Counted from the first letter of the stretch, positions 10,372 to 18,213 are shown. The stretch is DNA of 32,488 bases from Promethearchaeia archaeon (GCA_029856295.1 JAHQWS010000204.1:1-32488); one strand, 5' to 3'. The notes: generated by a model not told the origin, from the sequence alone. Numbers and translations: made by a program.

Positions 10372-10407
10372 TTAAATCACCTAAAAAACTTGGTAAAATC
10401 TAATTTC

Positions 10408-11061
10408 TCATAAAACACTTCTAATTTCTTCTTCAGAAATTTTTCCAATTCGCAAGAATTTCACTTCTTCAGACGTGCTATCTACAATTGTAGTAGGAAT
10501 CTGAGATTGTGAATTTCCAGAATCTATAATATAATCTATAGTCCCGAGGAATTTTTTTGCAACTTCAGCCCCGCTAATTGAAGGAGGCTCCCCAGAATAA
10601 TTGGCGGAAGTTCCTATTATCCCTCCAAATTGCCCTCTTTGTTTCAGAATTTCTAATATCTTCAATATAACTTTACTTTCCGGTACTCTTAGTCCTATTG
10701 TATCTTGGAACGCAGTTACCTCTAAAGGAATTATATTTGGCTCTTTTCTTTTCAAGATCAATGTCAATTGGCCTGGCCAAAAATGGGTCGCTAATCTTTT
10801 AGCGGTACTGTTAAATTCTGCGATTTTAGATGCTTCTTCAAAATCAGAAACCAATAACAAAAAACCCTTCGAGCGTTCACGGAATTTTATATCATATATT
10901 CTTTCTAATAAGCTAAGATTTAAAGGGTCTCCTCCTAACCCATATACGGAATTGGTGGGGAAGCCTATTAACTTTCCTGCCATTACCCACTCTACCGCAG
11001 TTTCAAGGAACATTTCTGTATCCATATCTAAATTTCCAGATAATTTAACTAAGAAACCCAT
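10408..11061 (-). CDS. sua5: L-threonylcarbamoyladenylate synthase (single-domain YrdC/TsaC type)
   Basis: FPTNSVYGLG, KxR (KFRERSK), FWPGQLTLIL, GLRVP, TSANYSG, PTTIVD and LRIG motifs. Confidence 0.9.
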   Translation of the reverse strand: MGFLVKLSGNLDMDTEMFLETAVEWVMAGKLIGFPTNSVYGLGGDPLNLSLLERIYDIKFRERSKGFLLLVSDFEEASKIAEFNSTAKRLATHFWPGQLTLILKRKEPNIIPLEVTAFQDTIGLRVPESKVILKILEILKQRGQFGGIIGTSANYSGEPPSISGAEVAKKFLGTIDYIIDSGNSQSQIPTTIVDSTSEEVKFLRIGKISEEEIRSVL

Positions 11062-11127
11062 TCAATTTCACTATTAGAGAATAAATATAATATAAAATTA
11101 AAAAGATATAAAAAAAATATTACTTAA

Positions 11128-12075
11128 CTATTTTGAGTACTCATCTTGACATTTTAATTCTGTGCTGAGTTTTTCCCAATCGTTGTCAATTTGTTCTTGT
11201 ATCTCTATTAAAGTTTTTTCTGAAATACCAGCAAATCGTTTTTGCGTAGAAACATATTCAATAATTGGGATTCTTTTTGATGGATCCAACAAGGGCTTAC
11301 TTTTTTTGGACAATGTTAAAACGCCGTTTTCAACTTCGTATAATATCCAAGATCCTGCTTTTACTGCCATCCTAGCAATTTCAATAGTATCTTCTGATGG
11401 AAAACCCCAACCAGGAGCACAGGGAGCTAAGATATGGATATACTTAGTACCGTTAATAGATTTTGCCTTTTTGAATTTTTCATAAATATCTAAAGGTTCA
11501 CTAATACTACAAGTCGCTACATAGGGAATATCATGCGCTCTCATTATAGCTGGTAAGTTCTTTTTATATCTCTCCTTCCCAAAAGGCGTTGTAGTGGTAA
11601 TAGCACCGTGGGGGGTACTTGACGATCTTTGGATTCCGGTATTCATGTACGCCTCGTTATCATAACACACATAAATGATATTACTATTACGTTCTGCAGC
11701 CCCGGAGAGGCCTTGTATCCCTATATCTGTTGTCCCCCCATCTCCCGCAAAACAAATTGAGATCATCTTATCCCAGCCTTTCCCTGGGAATTTATGTGCC
11801 TTTGCTTTGAATGCCGCTTCAAAACCAGTTGCCACTGCTGCTCCTGCGGCGAATGCCATATTAAATTGAGGAAAGTCAGGAGCTGTTTTCGGCCAAAGTC
11901 CTATAACAACGTTTAAACAACTAGCAGGGGTAACCATCGCTATGTCTGGTCCTAAAGCTTTCATCGTCCATCGAAGGGCTACTTCAAGACCGCATCCGGC
12001 GCAACAAGCATTACCCGGTAAAAACCACTCTTTACAAGCTATTTCATCTTCCATTACTTTCTTTAATGATGCCAT
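11128..12075 (-). CDS. porB: Pyruvate/2-oxoacid:ferredoxin oxidoreductase beta subunit
   Basis: CAGCG, TPP-binding GDGG...DIG...DNEAYMNTGIQRS and APCAPGW. Substrate specificity not determinable from sequence. Confidence 0.9.
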   Translation of the reverse strand: MASLKKVMEDEIACKEWFLPGNACCAGCGLEVALRWTMKALGPDIAMVTPASCLNVVIGLWPKTAPDFPQFNMAFAAGAAVATGFEAAFKAKAHKFPGKGWDKMISICFAGDGGTTDIGIQGLSGAAERNSNIIYVCYDNEAYMNTGIQRSSSTPHGAITTTTPFGKERYKKNLPAIMRAHDIPYVATCSISEPLDIYEKFKKAKSINGTKYIHILAPCAPGWGFPSEDTIEIARMAVKAGSWILYEVENGVLTLSKKSKPLLDPSKRIPIIEYVSTQKRFAGISEKTLIEIQEQIDNDWEKLSTELKCQDEYSK

Positions 12076-12078
12076 TTC

Positions 12079-13338
12079 TTAATCCACCTCTAATTTTCCA
12101 TGCCAGAGAGTACCATGAAGCAAATCTTCTGGTAATTCTCCAGTTTCATTTATTTTAATTAATATTTTTAACTGTTCTTTTTGTTGTTCCACGGTCACTT
12201 CTCTCCCTCCAATGCCATTTATCATCGGAAAAATCAGAGCAGTTCCTTTTGTTCCATGTAGGGCTGTTTTTACTTCAGAACTTACGGGACCCCCAGTTGG
12301 CGATCCAAACGCAGTAGCTCTGTCCATTACACCCAAGACTTTCACTTTTTTGGCAACCTCAATGATATCTTCAACAGGGAATGGTCTAAAGTGTCGTAAC
12401 TTAACCATTCCAACTTTATACCCTTCTTCCCTTACGGCGTCTATGGCCTCTTCCATTTGTAACGCTAAATCACCATAATTTAGCATTGCAACATCGGCAC
12501 CATCCATTCTATATTCTTGAATCAATCCATTTCCATAACTTCTTCCAAAAGTTTTTTCAAATTCTTTTGCAACAGCCTTAATTTTTGATTTTGATCTTAT
12601 CAATGCATCATGGATTTTCATTCTAAATTCGCTATAAAACCCTGAGGGCATGATAAGGTTTCCGTGCATAAGTGGTCTTTTAGGGTCGATCCATATATGT
12701 GGCCAACCTTTTTCATCTGGCAATGGTGGTAAAAAGTTATCAACTTTATCTTGATCTTCCAGTATTACTGGTTTTGATGTATGAGATAATATAAAACCCC
12801 CATAGGCAACGAATTTCGGTAATAAAACGTCATAATCTTCACATACCTTATATGACATTAATATTTCATCATAAATTTCTTGATGGGTTGCCGTAAAGGC
12901 ACTCATCCATCCTGTATCTCTACAGCTAATAACGTCTGTGAAATCTGCCCAAATATTCCAGGGTGGTGCTGGACCTCTTGAAGCAATAGCCATTACAATA
13001 GGTAGCCTTACGCCAGCTGTCCAATGAACCATTTCATACATATAGAAAAGACCTTGTCCTGACGTAGCTGTAAAGGTTCTTGTACCTGCCATACTTGATC
13101 CAACCAGGGATGCGAGTACCGAGTGCTCGGATTCTACTTTAATATATTGCGTTCCAGGCATTAATCCCCCATCAACAAACTCAGATAATTTCTCAACAAC
13201 TGTTGTCTGTGGAGTAATTGGGTACGCACTAATCACTTGGACTCTTGCAGACTTTGCTGCATACGCAGCTGCCACATTTCCTTTGATTATCTTTATTTCC
13301 TCACTCTGTAAAAAATCTTTTAATTCAGGTTTAATCAT
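12079..13338 (-). CDS. porA: Pyruvate/2-oxoacid:ferredoxin oxidoreductase alpha subunit (ATG 13338; alternative 13350)
   Basis: AYPITPQT, VESEHS, TATSGQG, RPFP and GIGGRE motifs. Confidence 0.9.
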   Translation of the reverse strand: MIKPELKDFLQSEEIKIIKGNVAAAYAAKSARVQVISAYPITPQTTVVEKLSEFVDGGLMPGTQYIKVESEHSVLASLVGSSMAGTRTFTATSGQGLFYMYEMVHWTAGVRLPIVMAIASRGPAPPWNIWADFTDVISCRDTGWMSAFTATHQEIYDEILMSYKVCEDYDVLLPKFVAYGGFILSHTSKPVILEDQDKVDNFLPPLPDEKGWPHIWIDPKRPLMHGNLIMPSGFYSEFRMKIHDALIRSKSKIKAVAKEFEKTFGRSYGNGLIQEYRMDGADVAMLNYGDLALQMEEAIDAVREEGYKVGMVKLRHFRPFPVEDIIEVAKKVKVLGVMDRATAFGSPTGGPVSSEVKTALHGTKGTALIFPMINGIGGREVTVEQQKEQLKILIKINETGELPEDLLHGTLWHGKLEVD

Positions 13339-13678
13339 CTTTTGTATCACTTTCTCTTATCATTTCTATATTGTTAGTTGGACATTCTTTAGCACATATG
13401 CCGCAACCTTTACAATAAATATAATCAATTTCAAAAGAACCATCTTCTTTTTTATGAATAGTTCCCTCGGGACAATACATCCAACATATTCCACACTTAT
13501 TACATCCTTCTTTGATAATTGGTCTGAATGTACGCCAATCACCTGTGATACCCATAGCTCCGTCGATGGGTAATGATATTGGAATAGGTGATAATTCTTC
13601 CCAACATGAATATTCTTGGAGCTTTGGACGCTCTTCTCTCGATTTATTTATTTTTTTCCATTTTTCAGTGTCTGCCAT
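13331..13678 (-). CDS. porD: 2-oxoacid:ferredoxin oxidoreductase delta subunit (2x[4Fe-4S])
   Basis: TGDWRTFRP, CNKCGICWMYCP and CKGCGICAKECP. Confidence 0.92.
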   Translation of the reverse strand: MADTEKWKKINKSREERPKLQEYSCWEELSPIPISLPIDGAMGITGDWRTFRPIIKEGCNKCGICWMYCPEGTIHKKEDGSFEIDYIYCKGCGICAKECPTNNIEMIRESDTKDD

Positions 13679-13680
13679 TT

Positions 13681-14256
13681 TTATACCTCCTTAACTGACT
13701 CGTAAGCATCTTTGGCTACGGCCATATTCTTATCTATTCTCTCTTCCCCAAATTCTTTCTTTAAGACTTTTTCCATTATTTCAAGGGCATAATAACCCGA
13801 AACCTTTCCAAAAGCCCCCAACATAGGGATATTCAAGATGGGACCACTCGAATGCATGAACTTGTTCTTTATACAAATTCCTGTCGCATCAACAATAAAA
13901 ACTTTTACATTTTTAGGTAGTTTGTTTTTATCTAAAGGTCTAACGCTATCTACTATGAGTGTAACCCCCTCTTTAATAGTTTCGTTTATTCTGGGAATCG
14001 ATAGTAGAGATGTATCAAAGATGAGCATATAATCCGGGTCCTTCACACTATCATAAGTTCTTATTGATTTATCTTGAGATATTTTAGTAAAAGCTTGAAT
14101 AGGGGCACCTCTTCTCTCAGCACCTATAATGGGTATTGCGATCGTATCTTTAAATCCTTTTTCAAACGTGAACTCGGCTAATAATTGGCTTGCGGTGATC
14201 GCTGTTTGACCACCTCTCCCGTGAAACGTTATCTCTATTATACCATTATCTTTCAA
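13681..14256 (-). CDS. porC: 2-oxoacid:ferredoxin oxidoreductase gamma subunit
   Basis: FHGRGGQ, GAERRGAP and NIPMLGAF; first gene of the gamma-delta-alpha-beta operon; TTG start. Confidence 0.9.
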   Translation of the reverse strand: MKDNGIIEITFHGRGGQTAITASQLLAEFTFEKGFKDTIAIPIIGAERRGAPIQAFTKISQDKSIRTYDSVKDPDYMLIFDTSLLSIPRINETIKEGVTLIVDSVRPLDKNKLPKNVKVFIVDATGICIKNKFMHSSGPILNIPMLGAFGKVSGYYALEIMEKVLKKEFGEERIDKNMAVAKDAYESVKEV

Positions 14257-14308
14257 TTTTTTCCAACATTTCCTTTTTTGATTTTTATATAGTTATTATC
14301 TAAGCAAC

Positions 14309-14340
14309 CAATAAAAACCCTAAAGCGTAGGTTTTTATTG
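14309..14340. repeat. Perfect 11-bp inverted repeat with 10-nt spacer upstream of the por operon
   Basis: CAATAAAAACC (14309-14319) / GGTTTTTATTG (14330-14340). Confidence 0.6.
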
Positions 14341-14636
14341 TTTACTTTATAAAATTAATACTACTACTTGAATTACTGAGAGTACTAACAATAATATAGA
14401 GTTAAGAACAATTGGAGATTTTTTTATCATAAGATTAAGCATTTTTTCCCAACTTTATATTATTTAACTAAGTATTAACTGAATTAAAAATCGGTAATAT
14501 TAATAATTTTTGCATAAACTTTTTAAGGTAACTCTTTAAATGACTTATAAAATGATTAAATCTCACATGTAGAAATAATAAAAGTCATATTTATTGCATA
14601 AATTCATCATATTATAGAAAAAATTAACATTATATT

Positions 14637-15212
14637 ATGTCTGGAAAAGGGAGCAACAAGGAAGAAACGTTTTCATTCAAATGTCCTTCTTGTGAAAAGG
14701 GAGTTATAACAATTGATACCACAGATTATGATCTTCCTGATGGTGATAAGATGCTAATTATTAAATTTACTTGCGATCAATGTAATTACCATAAAAATGA
14801 TGTTATTCCAATGACTACAAGAATGGATTCTGGAATCATGACTTTAAAAATAGTGGATGAGAGTGATCTAAAATCTAAGATTTATCGTTCACCTACAGGA
14901 AAATTAGAGATTCCTGAATTGGAACTCATTGTTGAGCCTGGACCAAGAGCTGACTTTTATTACACTAATGTGGAGGGTGTACTTTTTAGATTCGAAGAAG
15001 CGGTTTCAATTTACAAAAATAATCTTGAAAAAAATGATCCCCAATTCAATGAAATTGAAGAAATCTTAGGAAATTTAAAGAAAGCAATAAACGGAAAATT
15101 AAAGTTTACATTAAAAATATCGGATCCCGGTGGAGGAAGCTATATAATTCCCCAAGATCCTTCACGCTATACTTTTCAAAAACTAAATAGTGATGAACTT
15201 GAGGAGGGTTAA
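14637..15212 (+). CDS. ZPR1 zinc-finger domain protein
   Basis: CPSC...CDQC, then IYRS, IPELELIVEPG, TNVEGVL and DPGGGSYI, the archaeal ZPR1 pattern. Confidence 0.88.
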   Translation: MSGKGSNKEETFSFKCPSCEKGVITIDTTDYDLPDGDKMLIIKFTCDQCNYHKNDVIPMTTRMDSGIMTLKIVDESDLKSKIYRSPTGKLEIPELELIVEPGPRADFYYTNVEGVLFRFEEAVSIYKNNLEKNDPQFNEIEEILGNLKKAINGKLKFTLKISDPGGGSYIIPQDPSRYTFQKLNSDELEEG

Positions 15213-15365
15213 ATTAGATTGTTATCCCCAGAACAGAATTTATTTTCATTAGCGAGACTATCAATTCTAAATTTACTAATATAGAAGAGTAGTGTGGATC
15301 AGCACAACTTTTTTAATCGAAAATGGCTTAATTAATTAGTCAAACTACCAAATTAAAAATAACTA

Positions 15366-15371
15366 AGGTGA
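15366..15371 (+). promoter_or_regulatory. Shine-Dalgarno AGGTGA of the phosphofructokinase gene
   Basis: AGGTGA-TTTTAT-ATG (15378); complementary to the archaeal 16S 3' end. Confidence 0.75.
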
Positions 15372-15377
15372 TTTTAT

Positions 15378-16587
15378 ATGACCATTAAAAAAGTTGGAAT
15401 TTTAACGGGTGGCGGAGTCATGTTAAAGGATTTCTTTAGCTGCCGTATACTGCCCGGGTTTAAACAGCGTAATATATGGCATTATGTTGAAAGCTTTCGA
15501 TGCCGGTGTTGAGTGTGTCGGTATTAAAAAAGGATGGAAAGGATTTTTAGAAAACTTGACCATTCCCCTCAATATTGCAGAACACGATGATCTCCATACT
15601 ATAGGAGGAACTCTCTTATATACCAGTAGAACCAATCCTTTTAAAGGAGTTGATTCTAAAGAAGAAAAATCAAAAGAGTTAGGAAAAAAATTTGATGATC
15701 TCGGCATTGATGCTCTAATCGCGATTGGTGGAGATTTAAAATGGTTTCCATTTTAAACTAAAAACGATACCCTCGGAGTCGCGGATGCTTTATATAAATA
15801 TGCAAATGCTAAGGTCGTTGGATGTCCAAAGACGATTGATAACGATTTAGCTGGCACCCATTATACTTTCGGATTTTGGAGTGCCGTTCAACTAGCATCA
15901 AATGCCATGGACAATCTTACAACCACGGCTAGATCCCATCAAAGAGTCTTTATTGTCGAGATAATGGGACGAGATGCCGGATTTTTAACAATGTACAGTG
16001 GAATCTCTTCAGGAGCAGATATTATTCTTATACCAGAAACACCATTCGATTTTGAGAGAGATCTTGTAGGCGTGCTAAAAAAAAGAGCAAATGCCGGTCA
16101 TAAATATCATATGATTGCGTGCTCTGAAGGGGCCTATCCCGATCAAGCATCACTTAAGCGAGACTTTAAGACTATAACCCAGGAGACCATTGATAAATTA
16201 CCAAAAGATGTCTTCGGAAATCCAATGTTACCCGCATTGAATATTTCAAACATATTAGTAAAGGAGTTAAATCTAAGAGATGATTTAAAAGAAGTTTTCA
16301 AGAAAAATGGAGTCGATTTTGAATGCCGTAGTGTAGTGCTGGGTCATACTATGAGAGCGGGAACACCCAATTCTTTTGATAGAATATTAGGACTTAGATT
16401 CGGTTTAGCAGCTATGAAACTCGTGCTTGATGGGGAATTCGGAAAAATGGTTTCCCTCCAAGGTACTGATATTACCACTTTTCCGCTTGAAGAGGGGGTA
16501 AATAAGAAATATATCAAGCCCGAAAGCGATAAATTAGAACTTAGGGATTTAATGGTTAAAATAAGGTATAAATCAAGAGAAAATTAA
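15378..16587 (+). CDS. pfp: Phosphofructokinase (PfkA family, PPi-dependent signature); three exons join(15378..15417,15449..15733,15764..16587), 382 aa
   Basis: Joined translation: MTIKKVGILTGGG-D-CPGLNSVI...GGTLLYTSR...LIAIGG-D-DTLGVA...GCPKTIDND...TFGF...SHQRVFIVEIMGRDAG...LGHTMRAG. Exons 40+285+824 = 1149 nt = 383 codons including the stop. Confidence 0.9.
15418..15448 (+). other. Putative BHB intron 1 (31 nt) in the pfk mRNA
   Basis: Central helix GCGG(15412-15)/CCGU(15443-46); bulges AG^U and AU^A; inner hairpin CA-GUUAAAG/CUUUAGC-UG; outer exon helix CGGGUG/C-GCCCG. Removal gives GGA GAC TGC (GGGDCPG). Confidence 0.85.
15734..15763 (+). other. Putative BHB intron 2 (30 nt, in-frame TAA) in the pfk mRNA
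   Basis: Perfect 10-bp inner hairpin UUUAAAAUGG/CCAUUUUAAA; bulges AG^A and AA^A; central helix GUGG/CUAA (3 pairs plus a G.A mismatch); outer helix AUUG/CGAU. Removal gives GGA GAC GAT ACC (GGDDT). Confidence 0.82.
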
Positions 16588-16727
16588 CTTGCTTTTTTTA
16601 CTTATTCTTTTTACTTTTAATAAATTTATTTTAAATACTTAATTTATTAGAAATAAATTAAGGGGAATAAAATCTGATTTTAACATACATAGTATATGGT
16701 TTTTTATAAAAACCTATTTATAGGGCT

Positions 16728-18131
16728 TTATTTAATCCTGACACCCTGTTTTTTGAGAATCTTCTGGACTTTTGAGATATCAACCTGTCTACATGTCACA
16801 TTTTCTTGAAGAGACACGGCAGCAGCTACACCAGCACCTTGGCCTGTGACTGTACAGCACGCCATTTGACGGGTTGCAGCATGGGAAATTTTATCTCCAG
16901 CAACACAGCGACCTGCCACGAGAAGGTTTTCCACTTTCTGTGGGAGTATAATGCCGTAAGGAACTTGGAAATATCTTCCCGTAGTAGGCAAGATTGCAAT
17001 GCCGTAGCCGTCTATAAACTCCGGACAGATGCCGATAGAGTCTTCAAAACGGGCCTCATTTCTCACATCATGCTCGGTGATGTTGTATTCACCGATTATT
17101 TTTCTGGATTCTCTGGTACCCAAAGATGATCCGATTGTTCTTAACCGTGCCTTTTTAAACCCTGGAGTGTATTTTTTTAAGGCTTCAACGGCCCACATCA
17201 CCCGCTTTCTGCCTTCCATTTCTGCCTTGGTAAGATCCCATATATCTGTGCAGTCATATCCTGTCATATGGATTCCGTTAAACGATGTAATCTCTCCCGC
17301 ATCCGTATAGTTGGTCCAATAGCTTTCTATGGTGACATTCTCGGGAATCTCACCGGCTTCCCTGGCCTTGTTAAACGGTTCCACGAGGTAGGTGCTGAAG
17401 GTATCTGCTTCCTTACCTGTGGTCTCACCCCAATCTCCTATGCTACCGCGATTTAGATATATATACATGAGAAATTTGCCGATATTTATACCACTACAAC
17501 CGAAGTTTACCGTCACCTCCATCAATTCGTTCTTCGGGTTTTTTCGAAATGGGGCACCTGCAAGGAAAGCGATATCGGCGTCTCCTGTGGCATCGATAAT
17601 CCTTTTAGCCAGAATTGCTTGTCTTCCAGATTTACTCTCTGTAATGACACCTTTTATAGTGTTGCCATCCAGGACCACATCAACAGCAGAACAATGTAAA
17701 ATTGGAGTAATTCCTGCTTCTTGTATTAGCGTATCGGCCACAAATTTGAACATCTCTGTTTCCAGAACCTCATAGGTTGGCTCCCCCTTTACCATCAATC
17801 CTTCCTGCTCAAGAACTTCCACCATTTCCGGATTCTTGATATTGCCGATTATATTTATAGTACTTCCCATCTCTTTTGCTCGACGTTCAAACTCAACTCC
17901 AATTCCCCCAGCATCCACAGTTTTTGCATATCGATACCACGCAATAGTTCCAATCATGGCCTGTGTTATAACCCCTCCAAAACAACCATATCGCTCTACA
18001 AGCATGGTATCAACACCTTCTCTTGCCGCTGCTAACGCAGCGGAGAGACCCGCGGGTCCTCCTCCTATTACTAAAACATCAGTCTCCGCCATAACGGGGA
18101 TTTTTCTTGATGGTTCTTCAATTTGTTTCAT
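16728..18131 (-). CDS. FAD-dependent oxidoreductase (FAD_oxidored/PF12831-like)
   Basis: DVLVIGGGPAG Rossmann motif, IDATGDADIA, RESRKIIGEY and NLLVAGRC...GQGAGVAAA. Confidence 0.88.
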   Translation of the reverse strand: MKQIEEPSRKIPVMAETDVLVIGGGPAGLSAALAAAREGVDTMLVERYGCFGGVITQAMIGTIAWYRYAKTVDAGGIGVEFERRAKEMGSTINIIGNIKNPEMVEVLEQEGLMVKGEPTYEVLETEMFKFVADTLIQEAGITPILHCSAVDVVLDGNTIKGVITESKSGRQAILAKRIIDATGDADIAFLAGAPFRKNPKNELMEVTVNFGCSGINIGKFLMYIYLNRGSIGDWGETTGKEADTFSTYLVEPFNKAREAGEIPENVTIESYWTNYTDAGEITSFNGIHMTGYDCTDIWDLTKAEMEGRKRVMWAVEALKKYTPGFKKARLRTIGSSLGTRESRKIIGEYNITEHDVRNEARFEDSIGICPEFIDGYGIAILPTTGRYFQVPYGIILPQKVENLLVAGRCVAGDKISHAATRQMACCTVTGQGAGVAAAVSLQENVTCRQVDISKVQKILKKQGVRIK

Positions 18132-18213
18132 GATTTATTACCTTTTTAAATATTTAATATTAAAAATATAAGATAGCTAAAAAATGTGTTTTAAAAGAAA
18201 TAAAAAAAAATAT

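Noticed and set aside
10372-10410. A BHB intron fusing sua5 to the THUMP ORF or creating its start codon
   Set aside because: A weak hairpin exists, but the flanks (UGAG versus GCGA) cannot form the central helix.
15418-15763. Inserts as spliceosomal, group I/II introns or transposon footprints; programmed frameshift or readthrough
   Set aside because: No GT..AG ends at the required positions, far too short for ribozymes, and no target-site duplication. Recoding would leave about 10 extra residues inside active-site motifs.
15378-16587. pfk as a decayed pseudogene, or as two genes (15484-15756 and 15907-16587)
   Set aside because: The only lesions are two structured inserts whose BHB-predicted removal restores invariant Asp codons; SD, start and all other motifs are intact. 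Not formally excluded without RNA data.
16698-16714. Short inverted repeat GGTTTTT-TAT-AAAAACC between the convergent pfk and oxidoreductase genes
   Set aside because: A 7-bp, mostly A/T stem is expected by chance here; at most part of a terminator region.
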